64,000 nucleotides of DNA from Euglena gracilis (taxonomy: Eukaryota): assembly GCA_039621445.1 (NCBI GenBank), contig CP154954.1, positions 9,426,634-9,490,633 on the forward strand, read 5' to 3'. Made by a program: the position numbers and the translations under genes. Positions 1-47,712 of this stretch are shown piece after piece; position 1 is the stretch's first letter, and each line of letters opens with the position of its first letter. The notes beneath the pieces were generated by a model that did not search any database, was not told where the DNA came from, and saw nothing but the letters and a program-made list of their open reading frames with translations.

Positions 1-385
1 TTTTCCAGACGTTCGCGTTCTTACCTGCAGCCTGTTCTTACATCGTTCATGGCAGATTTTGTACGGAGTTAGCCAGCACATACGGGAACCTATGTTTCGT
101 GCCTTGTTGATTGCCACACGTTTCTCCCTCTTTTCATCATGAGTCTGAGAGTTGTGGCCATGTCAGGCTAAGGAAACTTTTTTCTTCACTTTGGGGCGAA
201 GCGGGAAAAAAAATTTTGACCCCGGTCTTGTCTAACGACCACCCCCCTCCCCGGTCAGTAGCGACATTTGCCCAAAATAGCGACCACCCCCCAGTCAGTA
301 GCGATATTTAGTGGTCGCTGGACAAGGGAGGTAAGGGAAATACTCCAGTTCTTTTGGTTTGTTTGGGTCAATTATGTAACCTTTA

Positions 386-781
386 TGTACCCCCCCCTTG
401 TCTAAGCTCCGGAAAAGATGGGTAAGAACCGGGGGGGGGGGGTGCTTATTTTGCTAAAATATGGGTAAGAACCAGGGGGGTGGTGCGGGGAAAAAATTGA
501 CCGCAAAAAAAAATCCGGCGTTTCGCGCCAAAAAGCAAAAATTCCCCTTATTTTGGAGGTCCACTGTTGAACTTACACACATTTGGATGCAGAAATCGAC
601 AATACCTCACCAAATTAGGTGTCAAAAGTTGCTGAAATTTCGAAATTTTTGAGAAATTTCCCTCAAAAATGCACACAAAAAATAAACCTCCCCGTGACGA
701 TGACCTTTAAAAAGATGGGTAAGAACCGGGGGGGGGGTGCTTAGACAAGGGTGGTGCTTAGACAAGGGGGGGGAGGTACAT
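386..781. mobile_element. MITE-like element
   Basis: TIR gtacccccccccttgtctaagc / gcttagacaagggggggg(a)ggtac; internal repeats of atgggtaagaacc. Confidence 0.65.
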
Positions 782-1198
782 GCAGAAAAAACACACACGC
801 ATTCTTCTGTGTAGACTTGCTCATTGGATCAATGAAATACACACCGAACACGTTGTGCTTCTCCACAACGATTCACAGACACACAAATAAGTCCTACCCG
901 CACCCCCCTTGTGCACCGACCGGGTAGACACACATTTCGGTCCGTCGATAGTGGCAGAGTTCTGGAGAGTCTTTTTTGTCACAATCATTGTCTAATTTAA
1001 CTGCGTATCACATTGTCCAAATGGTGGAAATTCGGTCGCCTTCAAACAGGTATGCATCACCTGGTGCTTACAGGCAGCACGGACGCACCAAAACCCACAG
1101 TCATAAAAGCCAGGGTGTACAACCCACCTGTCCGTCTGTTGCTCCAGACGTCCCAGACAGCTCATTAGGATGATAATTTGTAACCTTCATGTTTCCTT

Positions 1199-1550
1199 AA
1201 ACCCCCCCTCCCACTTACAAACACCCCCCCCCTCGGGCCGACCAACCAAACCGGGACCTATAACCCCCCCCCCCCCGGGGAAGAAAAACAAAGCCGTCGG
1301 GGACGATTTTTTTCGGCCACAAACCACCCAAACGCTGATTTTTTGGCAATTTTTTGAGACCGACCATCAACAAAATGCCATTTTTGACGAAACTTGCCAA
1401 AAATTGCCAATTTCGGGGTTCAGGGTCATTTTGGGGGGTCGGATCTTCACCAACAATTCCGGGACCTATAAACCCCCCCCCCTTCGGCCAACCAACCAAA
1501 CCAGATCCATTAAACCCCGGGGGGTTTATAAGTGGGAGGGGGGGGGGGTT
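1199..1550. mobile_element. MITE family A, copy 1
   Basis: TIR aaccccccctcccactta / taagtgggagggggggtt; homologous to 39153-39495 and 43315-43500. Confidence 0.75.
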
Positions 1551-1557
1551 ACATGTG

Positions 1558-2645
<1,088 letters not shown>

Positions 2646-4769
2646 ACATAAGCCAAGCGCCTGGGGGGGAGGAGGTAGGTGGCTTTGAAAATTGGGTTGT
2701 TTTTGGCACCTAGCCGTATGGCCACCCCCTGGTCGGGAGTTGTAGGTTGTGGAGTGTGTATGACCCCCCCGGTCGCGGGTTTGTAGGAACCCGAACACTC
2801 ACATGACACAAGTTCATGAAGTAAGGGTTGATGTGCGCATTTGCGCACACTAACCACATTTTCATTCGGTGTAAGCGGCGCGGCTGGTGTGTGTTTTAGT
2901 GAACATTGACCGCTCATGTATTTGTATAAAGCTGGTGTGCACATCAGCGCACACCAGCAATATGCAAACACAACTGGTTGATGTGCGAAAATGCGCACAC
3001 CAACCACTTGAAATTTGGGGATTATACTCCACATTTTTTACATCACCGCATGAAACAAAACACCTGCCTTTTTCCGTTCTAGAAGTAAAGACTGGGGTGA
3101 GATTTTGAATAGGTGCCTTTTGCAATGTGCGACAAAGAACGGTGGCTTCAAATGTACTTCGCTCTGTGTGCAAGTCTGTATGTCTCATCTCCAACCAGCA
3201 CGACAGACGTTTTCACGTCATCAGTTTGGAAGTTGCGCGGGAGAAATTGATGACGTGTAACCCTGCGTGATTGGTGGACATTTTTTCTTCAAGAACAACG
3301 ACTTCCAGAATTTCAGATTTACGCAGGTGTGATCTTCCTGATGCCTCGTCTGGGAATCATTTTCCATTTTTACCACAATGATGTCTCATTTTTTCCCCAG
3401 AAAACATGCAGCACACCGGTTTTTGTGCACAATATCAGGGTGTTGAGTCCCAGTTCTTTCACGCAACCCAACCATCTGTGAACATTAAATATTCTCTGTC
3501 TCCAGAACAGTGAGCTTTGCGGCCACATTTAAGACGCTGCCACTTTCCATTGTTTCCATCAACCCGCAGCATGCCCCTCCAGTCTGCCATTGTTGTGGGT
3601 TGTGGGGGATAACACGGCCACCTCGATGGCTGCTGCTGCATTGGGGAGTTAATGACGGCCTTGTGGATGCTTAAGTACAATCACCTATCATCACCTGATG
3701 TGAATATTGCAGCAAAACGAAAGCCAGGGGGCAAGTGGCAGAGGTCTTCGAGGTCTACCCCTTTGCCCAAGCGACGCCGCTGCACGTGTGCTGCGACGTG
3801 CTACAGGTCTACAGGTCTCAACATGGACCTACACCTGTCACTGGGCCAGAATCGACCCTTAAAAAAAAAGGCCTCGTGGTGGAGGAGAGCGTGTAAAAGC
3901 TGAAGTTGTACACCCGAAGGAGCCATTGCAAATGGTGTTTGTGGTCGTGCTTGATGTGTTCTGTCTGAAATTTTTCTATTGTGGTCGGTGCACAAAAAAA
4001 ATGTGCACGTTAACGGTGTGCATTTCGCACTCCCACGACGTGCATCTTTACGCACATGTTCGGTGTGTAAAGTGTGTCACGCCGACCACGTGCGCATTGT
4101 CGCAAACTGACCTTTTTTTTTATTCCAACGTTGTGTTTGACACAGGTGTTTTTTCAATGCATTTCTGTCTGTTTTCAGAGCAAAGTAAACCCTTCCAGTC
4201 ATCGTTATTCAGGAAAGCTCAAGGCAGAGAGACCTGTTTATGTGCCATGATACTTGATCGTGTCACTTTGCACAAATGCACATGAGTGCACACACATCGA
4301 CGGTGTGCGCATTTTCGCAAACCGACGACCGCATCTTCGTTCCCAAACTCACGGTGTTTGGGTTTGAAACAGCGTGAATCCTGGGGTATTTATGGCCGTC
4401 GTTGGGGCACCCTGGAGTGGTTGATGTGCGAAATTGCGCATATCGACATTATTTCTTTGTTCGAACCTTGGCTGCAACAAACCATTCCTGTGTGATCTGT
4501 GTGATCCCCTCTCCCGTTTCACCACCGCACAATTTGGCCGGACACATCCCCACTGCAACTTAAATAAGGGCTCGCGACCCTCCCCTTCAAACCACTTTCT
4601 CTTCACCCTGCACGGGCCTTCACAAAAACCCCGGCAAGCCCTCCGGCGTCCCTGTCCGCTGTCCGGCGACAAGTTTGGACTCACCCTAGCCCCCCCCCAT
4701 CCTTGTTCCCCGCGCTCCGGCAAACGTCCAAAACCACAAGCCCGAGGCCGGCAAAACAAAACAGTGCGT

Positions 4770-7700
4770 CAAAACTGCCGGAGGGGGCCAGGAAGTGCCT
4801 CCCAGGGCGGTCCTTAAGCAAATAAAAAAAAAACTCCGCTGTCCCAGCACACTCAATGAAAATATACAGGAAAATGGGCAAAGAAATTTGGCATGCTTCG
4901 GTGAGAACAGGTCGACATCAGGGGAAAAAACTGATTCTTGGCATCCTTGGACCATCGCCCATCCACCCAAATCATCAAGAAATGTGTTTTTTGGACTTTT
5001 TAATTATGGACCCCGTTCAAGTCCCAGTCCGGACCTTGGTCGGCCCTTTGGCCGAAAGGGGGGCTTTCCTGTCCCTTAAGGACCGTCCTGGTGCCGCCGA
5101 CAACTGGTGACGAGAGCCACATCGCACAAATGGGGCTGGGGAGGTGGGGAGGCATTTTACCGTGGGTTTCGGGGGGTTTTTTATCCCTTTTCCTCAAGGG
5201 GGGTGTTTTGTTCTGGATCGGGTGGGCCTGACAAACTGGGTCGGGGTGGGTTTGGGGGCGGTACCGGAATTTTGGTGGTTTTTACTGGTGATTTTTTCAC
5301 TTTGGGGGGGTTTCGTGTTTTCGGAACTCAAAATGGATTTTGGTCGGTTTTGCAAAACCTGCAAATCGACCAAAAAAATGCTTAAGTGCGAGATGCGCCG
5401 CCAAAGTGGATGGGTTTTGGAGGTCGAAAAGAATAATGGTCGTCAGAATGAGGAGCAATGGCCCTCCCTGGGCCGCACAATTTGACAGTTTTTCGACGCA
5501 GTCATCCCAGGTCGGAGTTGTGGAGGTTGGTGGCGATTTGTGGGAGACGTCAGCGAGGTTTTCCATTCATGTCGGTCCGAGGGTCACGGTCTGAGCGAGG
5601 GTTTTCCATTCATTCCATTCATGTCGGTCTGTAAAAAAACCAAAAAAAAATACCGGAGTCCTTCAAAGCTGGTCAAGCTCTGCACGAGCGGGGCAAAAGA
5701 CAGAGGGGGACTGGCTTCTGAGCGCAGAAGACCGACACATTCCAAAAACAGCAGGTCGGTGGTGAGGCGGGGCACTTGAATTCGAAACGAGAGGAGAGGG
5801 AAGGGAGGGATGGAAGGCACCGACTGCTTGTGAACTCACCCGGCCATGGAACGAAAGGACGGCTTGGGGGTCCGTGTTTTATGCATCTGAAAGTTTTTTT
5901 AGGGCTCACCCCCCCCCCCCGCCCACCCACCCGCCCACTGGGGGGCCCTCTGGGGGCAGCGGTTTGGGAGGACTTGCTTTTCGGGGGGGACCCACTTATT
6001 GGCGGGGTCAATTTTGGGGTCCAAAAATTTTTAGCGCTACATTCCGAAGAAAAAAAAAAGAGAAACCCACCCACCCACCCACCCACCCACCCCCCCCCCC
6101 GGGTTGCCAAACTTAAAAAAAAACCCCCTGGGGGGGGTTCCGACCCACCCTCTCACCTGGCCTGAAACCGAAGCTTGGGGAGGCGACCCCCTCAAGGCTT
6201 CCCTTCTCCTTCGTCTGCCCTCCTCACCCACTGGAAACTCGTCACCAGGCAAGTCTGCGTGATAACTTCCCAGGCAGGCTGGGGACTCTGCGGACATGAT
6301 GAGTCAGCCGGAACAGGCCAAAGGCAGCAACCTTCCCGAGGGTCAGTCTCACGGGGGGGGAGCTTTTGGGGACCCTCCGGGCGAAGAGGGGGGGGGGGGG
6401 GGGGGGGGGCCTCCCCCCACCAAAACAGTGGCGCGGTCCAGCCGATTAATCTTTAGCCCGGCGCTTTGCGCCAGGCCGAAAATGTTTCCTCAAAAAAAAA
6501 AAAAAGGCAAAAGTGCCATTAAGGGCACTTTTGGGGCCCAAAAAAAATTGTGGAAAATGCAAAAAGTTTTTTCAGGCCAAAGCACCGGAAGGGAAATTTT
6601 GACTTTGGGGGGGGGGCTGGGAACCCCCCCCCCGAGGTCGGTCCGGACCGCCCCCCCCCCCCCGGCAGGGGGGGGGTGGTCCGGTCGGGATGGTCCCTCT
6701 GGTCCAGGAGGGGTGGATACCCTCACCTAAACCCCGTACACCTTCCTTGTATCGAAGCCTTTGAGCCCCTTCTTCTGGGCCAACAGAACTGATTTTTGAA
6801 ATGACGTTTAGGAGAGTGGTGTGCGGGACCAAATAAGTTCAAGCCAATGAAGCTTTGTGTGAGCCTTCTGTTATATAAAGGAATGCCTGTCTACCGAGGG
6901 AAACACCCACATGTCTCATATCCCAGGCTTGGACCAAACAGTGCAGTTGTGAGGATTCGATGATGCGGATCACAAACTGTCACACCCAATAGGAGAAAGA
7001 ATTTTGCAGTGCATGAATATAGGACACAATTGAGAATTTGGAAGGTGGTCGTATGAAAATTGCACGCTCCTTCAAAAAAAAGGATTTCAATGCTGCCTAC
7101 GAATGATCACTGCACATAACCTCACCCTCCCCCCGAAAAGGGGCCTGAGGCATTTTTCGGTCACAAAAAATATAATGGAAGAAGGAAGCACTTTAGACAT
7201 GGTCACTGAAGAATTTTTACGATTTTGGCGGTGGGGGGGGGGGCAACATAGGCCCTGAAAAAATGCTGCAGAAAAAGACACACAAAAAAACACAAAAAAA
7301 AAGCAAAAACAACGCGAAAAAACGCAAGTTGCATGTAAAATTATTTAGGAGGTCCTGGAGAGGACTTGTAGAGGATTGACAAAATTTTTGGTCTCAGGGG
7401 AAAATCGGGGCCCAAGCGAGAATTTTTTTCACTGCCAAAAGATTTTACCAGCAAAAATCTGAAAAATCGCCAGGATAAAAAACACAAAACACACAAAACA
7501 CACAAACAAAAACGAAAACATGCCAAATCGAAAAACATAAAAAAAACCACAAAAATAGCGTGCTTGTGTTTCCTCCCCTAGGTTTTGGCACCTAATGAAT
7601 GATTGTTTTTGGGGAGCCCTTCGTCATGAAAAATAAAGCAATACCCATTTTGGTCACCTGGGAACAATTGCTAACAATTAAATAATAATAATGAATTATG

Positions 7701-9575
7701 TGTGGAAGTTATTGCACAGATCCTTAAAACACAGGAAAAATCAACTGGGAAAAATTGGACGACATACCAAAACATCAGGAAAAATTCGAAAAGTTCCAAA
7801 ATTGGAAAAAAAAATTTCGTTCTCATGGAAACCCATCAGGATTCACATCAATTCCTGGGGTTCTAATGCAAAGTTCCAAAATTGGTCAAAAAAAAAAGTT
7901 GCAAAATAAAAACCGCATTGTTCAATATGAAAACAAAAAACATTCTCATTTTGGCGGCTGAAAAAAAAAAACCGGGGTCCTTCAAGAATTGGGTGAAGTA
8001 AAAATTTGGAGGGGAAATTGCTATGCTCCTGAAAAATGGGGGGGGGATTGTCCAGAACCCACCGCATTTTTGTTCAATTCCCCCCCCCCTGCATATCCAT
8101 ACAGCAACGAGAGCACACTGTTCTGGTTCTTGGCTTAAACTTCCGTTTTTGTGTGTCCTTCCCATTGGGTGAAAACAAGTTTGAAAGAGACCCTTTGCTC
8201 GACAAAAAAGAAATAACCATTGGACACAACTGCATTCATAGAGAGAGAGAGAGAGAGAGAGAATCACTCAGAGAAAACTCACGGTGGCAAAAAAAAGGGA
8301 GCACACACACATACACAAACAGGTCTTCCGTGAGATCATGCAGTCGGTGCTTCACAGGCTTGCACGCATGGCTCCGTGGAGAACGATGCCATGGTTACAA
8401 GGTTTGCAGCTCGGGTTAGGGGGGGGGTGAGTGTCCTTGCAGATCCATACCGTAGCGGAACAGGCACATTTTTTGGGATTTTGCGCTTATATACTCCCTG
8501 AGATTCATGGGGAGTGTATATGTGGTGTGGACCAGCCTTTCCCGAAGTGTCTGGGCCAAGACAAGGCTGAATCATTGGGTGGTCAATAGACCAGGAGGAG
8601 GGACCAGGGGGAGGGACGTCCCCTGCCCACCCTGGACGCTGGGTACCCCCCCTACCCGGGAGGGGGGGTCCGACGGACACACATTACCCCCCCCCCGGGT
8701 CCAAAATTAAAAAAAAAGACTGCAACAGACTCCAGAACGTTTGCCAACCTCCGAAAGGTCTGCCGACCTCCAGAACACCACCTGGCACTGGCAGGTTCCA
8801 CACGGGGAATGTGGCGGACAGGACTAGGGTCTTCGTGGCATGTTGCGTGACTGCTTATTTCCTGGGGGTCAAACTGGGGATTCAAAAATCGGCGGCATGT
8901 TTCGGAGGGCCAAAACACCAAGTCCCTGTGTTTCATCCTTGGAGAATGGTGAAGATCCACACACAGAGGGCCAACGTGTCAGCAGTTCAAAAACCTCGAC
9001 GCACCCCTGAAAAAAAAAAATCAAAAAGTTAGGAATTTGCGCAATTGCGCACATGAACATGAAAAAGCTTAAGTGCAGGATCGGCCAGGTAAGGGGTTGA
9101 AAACGGAGGCCAGGACTTTTACTAAAAGTTGAAATTTCTCCTTTTGGTTTCAGGGAGACAGTAATGAGCTGTTCTGAGTGACGACAAAGTAAATTACCGG
9201 TTTTACACCATTTTCAGCTTCAAATGCCTACAGCTGAGAGTGTCACCGCAGAGAAGGACAGGAGTGGTGAACGAGCGAACGACATGAACGAGTCGAATGT
9301 GCCAGATGGCCACTGCTGCAAAAACGTGGAAAGTTTTCGTCGAATTTGTACACGATAAACGGCATTGGGATGCTGAAACAAAAATTTAAAAAAAAAGCAA
9401 AATGAAATGAATTGACGAAATTGCAGCAACTCACCTCCGGACGGTTGCAATCATAAATTGTTAATCTGGCCCCAAAGGTCTGAATCCAGCCCACCCAGTG
9501 AGTGTGATTAGGCACAACCAGCAAGCCAAGGAAGGCAGCGTCGAAATCCACCACCCAAAGCAAACTGCCTTGCTG
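4770..9575 (-). CDS. Probable second intron-rich gene, function unknown; only scattered candidate exons recognised
   Basis: HLCDVALVTSCRR|HFLAPS joins across a consensus nonconventional intron (4798-5093). Other coding-like islands lie at about 5400-5560, 5655-5775 (RLTTDLLFLECVGLLRSE...LVQSLTSFEGLR), 6740-6790, 8720-8790 (GRQTFRRLANVLESVA) and 9470-9570. Not fully assembled. Confidence 0.35.
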
Positions 9576-9737
9576 GAGAAATTAGGAATTTGCACAATTG
9601 CACGCAAGGACATGAAAAAGCTTAAGTGCAGGATCGGCCAGGTAAGGGGAGGGGTTGGAAACAGAGGCTAGGATTTGTACTGAAAAGTTGAACTTTCTCC
9701 CTTTGGTTTCAGGGAGACAGTGATGAGCTGTTCTGAG
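9030..9737 (+). repeat. About 150-bp diverged direct repeat pair (9030-9179 and 9582-9737)
   Basis: Both read taggaatttgc...catgaaaaagcttaagtgcaggatcggccaggtaagggg...tttcagggagacagt.atgagctgttctgag. Confidence 0.85.
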
Positions 9738-10013
9738 AGAAACTGATACAATCGCACAAATCTGATGCCATCACAAAGGGGGGGTTGGGTTTGATCACAT
9801 CAAAGAGTCGCCCACATCGAAAATGGCGCAGACTCAAACAATCCTACCGATATCAAAAAAATGTTCAAACATTAAAATGAGTACTCTTATTTAGTCTTAG
9901 GAGTCTGTGAGGAAACAGGGGAGAGACAGCTCGTGCACTTTGATGGACTTGCAGCAAGGTCCAGTTGACATGCATAGCTGCATTAGGGGAAGAGCTGTTC
10001 CAAATTCGGGAGC

Positions 10014-43240
<33,227 letters not shown>

Positions 43241-43314
43241 GAGAGGAATTCACCAGGTAAATATTCTGCATTCACAATGCAGAAAACTCCTTGTGTGATG
43301 GGGTCCCAAACCCC

Positions 43315-43500
43315 ATTTGACCCCCTCACTTATAACCCCCCCCCCGGGCCGACCAACCTATATCTTGACTTACAAACCACCTCCTGGGGAAGAGAAATGA
43401 AAGCCACCGGGGACGATTTTTTCAGCCACAGAACACCCAAAAAATGATTTTGGGCAATTTTTTGAGACCGACCATTATCAAAAATGCCACCTTTGGCGGC
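43315..43500. mobile_element. MITE family A, truncated copy 3, just upstream of the cyclase ATG
   Basis: Shares cacttataaccccc..gggccgaccaacc and ccggggacgatttttt...gaccgacca segments. Confidence 0.6.
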
Positions 43501-44104
43501 CTTCAAATTCAATCGAATTCCAATGTTTTCATGATTGGTGTCAAAAGTTTGGCCATTATGTTAGGGCCGAAATATCTCTATTGTGTGGTTTTGTTTTCAC
43601 CCCGCTTCATTCGATGCTTTCTATACACAAATTGTGGCCGAGCCCAGATTTCAGCCCGAAAACGTGTTCAGCCACAAAATGTTTAAAAACGTGTTTAGAG
43701 CCCGCCAAATGCCCTTCGGGGCCGCCCTGCTGAACACGTTTTCAGGCTGAAATCTAAGCTCTGCCACAATATGTTTAAAAACGTGTCCATAGCCCGCCAA
43801 ATGCCTGCACTGAAAGTCGTGGTCATGATTCACGCCAAGGGAGAAAAACGCGAAAATGTGAAATTGGGAACGAAAAAAAAGCGCCCCAGTGGAAAATGTG
43901 CCTTGCCACGGATGCCCTAATGGAAAACGTGTCATTGCCACAGATGCCCCCATGGGCAAACGTGTTACCCCCCCATTTTCCCTCACAGCCCTCACCCTAT
44001 GGCTAAACACAAGGCAAACTTTGTGAATGGTCTTTTGACACCTCCCCCTAAGACGGAACTGATCTTGGCTCAGGGTTGGGCAATTAACCGTCATTTTTTC
44101 AGGT

Positions 44105-44745
44105 CAAGCGATTAGCCATGGTTAATTGGGGGTCAGGTGTCGATTAACCAATTTTCGATTAACCGTGCCTGTCCCTCAATTAATTTCGATTAAGCGCCAC
44201 CGCATTAATTCCACCCGCCAAAAAACCAAACTCATTTCATCTGACTTCTTCACTCCACAATGGGCCAAGGACACCAAAAATTTGGCGTCCAGAAAATGTG
44301 GTATCAAAAACAGAGTTTACATTCAAGGCTTTTTGAAAGAATTTTTCATCCACATTGGCATTGAACACAACCTTGCCATCTTCCTTCCCAACCCCAGGAC
44401 ATTTCTTTTTCCGACAACGCAAAAGAAGCGATTAACTGGGGGGTTACAAGCGATTACCCCCCCCCCTTATTGTCCCGCCGACCTCCCCCCGGGAGGCCCG
44501 ACCGAACAATAAGGGGGGGGGGGACAATAAGACCGTATCAAAGGAATTTCATTGGCCGAGCCAAAAAAACCCCCCGTCGGCCGGGGCCGAGGGACAATAA
44601 GGGGGGGGGGGACAATAAGGGGGGGGGAAAAAAAGGGGGGGGGGGGAAACCGTTTTTCGATTAATCATGGTTAATTGTCCCCCCCACAAACGAACGATTA
44701 ACTGGGGTGGTCACAAGCGATTAACCGTTTTTTGATTAACCATCC
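44105..44745. mobile_element. MITE-like element rich in cgattaa(cc) motifs, containing a family B MITE (about 44457-44650)
   Basis: Repeated gcgattaac motifs; inner segment is the reverse complement of 59043-59223. Confidence 0.6.
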
Positions 44746-45354
44746 AACCTTGCTTGTCTGCTCTCGTGGTGTACCATCAAGATGCCAAGAAGCCAAAGGT
44801 TGACCCCCTTCATGGCACCTTGCTGGCACAGGGCAAACACGAAGAAAAAGTCTGGCTCCGTAGGTGCAGCAGACCTTGCTGCTGTTGCCAACTGTTTGGA
44901 GTTCGCCAAACCATAGTTGGCAGCTTGATTTTTTTGGACGCTGATTTTTTTTAAATATTAACATTTTTTTTAAAAAAAACAAAAAAACCCAACAAGGTTT
45001 TGTACAAAAAAAAATTGAATGCATATTTTCAACCATTTTTGCAACTTCTGGGTCATTTCTGCCAAAACAAAATTCCACAAAAAAATGAAAAAAGTCATAA
45101 AATTGCATTTTTTTGCAATTTTGGATGTTTTTGACCATTTTTTGGCACTTTTGAACTTAGTAGGATTCGAAGTATGGTTTGGGTGTTTCATAACGAGGTT
45201 TTTAAATGAAATTTCCACTTTCTGAGTGTCTATTTTTTTTTCGTTCGCATATCATGTCGGACAAGTGAAAGCCCCACGTGGGGTATGTTTTGAAGTTCCA
45301 GGCTTTCGACGTCTTGAAGTTCATTGTTTTATCCACTCTGTGTTCACTCTACTG

Positions 45355-45905
45355 GCTCATTTGCAGCCACAGCCTCACCGACCCGGGTGATTTCAACAAC
45401 CCCCGGAGTTCACAACGACATCTGTGAAGCGACAACCTCACCGACCCGGGATACCCATCAAACCCCAGAGTTTGCAGCGACAGTCTGTGCCCTGGGCAGA
45501 GACCCCGGAGTCTACATCGACATCTCGGATTCAAGCCCTGGGAGACTCAGCCCCAGGAGAAGAAGGGTGAGATTCAGCCACCCAGCAGCAGCACGTCGAC
45601 ATCGACATCGGTGGCTCAAGCCCTGGGAGATCCAGCCCCAGGAGAAGCAGCAACAGCAGCAGCACATCGACATCTTGAACAAGATTGGTGGACCCATTTT
45701 ACAGACATTTTGCTTCCAAATCTTGGGTTTGGCTTTGTGCTTTCCCAAAATGCTGCAGAAGATTTTCCCGCAAGCCCAAACCCAGGAGAAAACCTCAGCA
45801 GTGGACCCTGGAGATTTCAGCAAAAACATTAACAAGATTGGCGAGACATTTTGCTTCGAAACCATGTGTTTGGCTCTGTGCTTTTCCCCAAAGCTGCAGA
45901 GATTC
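45355..45905 (+). repeat. Degenerate tandem repeats (cctcaccgacccggg units; acatcg; duplicated aacaagattgg...gacattttgcttc block)
   Basis: Visible repeated blocks. Confidence 0.55.
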
Positions 45906-46266
45906 CAATGAAACTCCGGGGAAAACCCATAACACGGGCACTGCGACGTCTCGGCCTTTTTGCTTGGAGTTTCTTTTGGCAGAACCGAAGGGCGTCTGTT
46001 TTTTCCCTGAATCTGCCCAGTGAGGTGGCGAAGCTAGCCCCAGGCTGCGGCAAGCGTTTCTGGCAGAGGGCGTGGCAGGATTGTACAATCTGTGGGCCGT
46101 TGGGTCCACCACTTTTGCTCCCAATGTCTTTGATGCAGTCTCCAGGGTCCACTCTCTTCCCCACAGACAATGAAGGGATCAAATCAGAACTACTCAGAAA
46201 AGACAGCGACGTCAGGGCGAAAACAAGACCCCTGCTCGAAGCGCCAAGACATCTCGGCAGTGCCAA

Positions 46267-47331
46267 ACGGTAGACTGGGGGGGGGGGGGTAGTGGGTAGT
46301 CGGCCGACTAGTCGGCCGACTGCCCAATTGGTCGGCCGACTAGTCGGCTGACTAATTGGTCGGCCGACTAGTCGGCGGACCAATTGGGTAGTCGGCCGAC
46401 TAGTCGGCCGACTAGTCGGCCGACTACCCACTCTAATGTACTAACGGGTCAAAACCGCCGACTTTTAAGCCCCCCCCTGGGAAAAAACTTTTGTCTAAAT
46501 CACCTCAACACCAGTCAAAACCCACCCAAATGGCTCCAGAACCCCCCAATCGGGGGTGAATATGCAAAAAAAATGGGGGAAAATGTCCATTTTGGTCCAC
46601 ATTTGACAAAAGAACACCTCTCCCCATTGTATTTTCAATATAAATCGAAATTTGCACAAAAAAAGGTCTTATCCCTCCAAGTCTATTGCCAACGTAGAAG
46701 GGATTTTGTTATTTGAGGGGCGGGGTGCGGGGGGGCGGAGCCCCCCCCCCGCCTATGCCAAAGTGAGCCACAAAAACGACTTAGCCCCCGAGTATGTTGC
46801 CAACACAGAAGGGATTTTGTTATTTGAGGCTCGGATGGGGTCGGATGGGGGTGGAGGGGGGAGTTTTCTGCCTCTCGTGATGCAGAATGCTTGCATTTCT
46901 AAAGGATTTTCATGTAATCCCTGTTTCATCGTTGGTTTTTTACCCCTCCGGACCCCCATCAAGGGCCCACCGACCCCCCACCGACCAAAGATTTCCATCT
47001 GGGGGTGTTTATTTAGGCGTAAGACACTTATTTGGACCCATCCGGACCATTTCCGGGTGATTTGGGCCAGCCACAGACCATTTTTATGACCGCCGACTAG
47101 CCACCGACTAGTTTGCATTGAATTTTCTTCTTGGGGGGGGGGGCTTAAAAGTCGGCGGTTTGGACCCGTTAGTACATTAGAGTGGGTAGTCGGCCGACTA
47201 GCCGGCCGACTACCCACTACCCCCCCCCCTGTCTCGCCGACTAGCTACCGACCAGGCCTAGTCGGCCGACCAATTGGGTAGTCGGCCAACTAGTCGGCCG
47301 ACTACCCACTACCCCCCCCCCCAGTCTACCG
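46267..47331. mobile_element. TIR element with subterminal arrays of the palindrome tagtcggccgacta
   Basis: Ends acggtagactgggg(n)tagtgggtagtcggcc / ggcc.actacccactacc(n)ccagtctaccgt; long inner inverted repeat at about 46420-46480 vs 47135-47217. Confidence 0.85.
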
Positions 47332-47712
47332 TCTTGCGCCCATCTCGGCAGCCAGTGTCCATCTCCGACCAGGGGGAGGCGGTACGGTAATCTCTGGCCG
47401 GGGCCACCAAGGTCAAAAGTCTGCACGGCTCGCTGCGGCCGAACGGCCAGTGCCGACCTCAGCCAAGGACGAGGAACCGACGGAGAGCGACCGCGCCGCC
47501 GGCGTGAGGCCCCGTACCTCCGCGCCAAGGACCTACCGCCCTGGCCAAAATGGATCCTCACCGACCCACCCCTGGGGTGGCCGTCCCAAGCGACAGTAGG
47601 CGGACGCACCTTCTACGTTTGGGCCGACGGCCTCTGGGACACACGGTTCCCCTCGGAAGATACCTGCACCTGTCGAGACGGGTCTCACTGGCCTTGGGGG
47701 AAGTGCTGTCTC

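Noticed and set aside
43241-43275. Possible spliced-leader acceptor upstream of the cyclase ATG
   Set aside because: An AG is present but nothing distinguishes it; needs 5' cDNA
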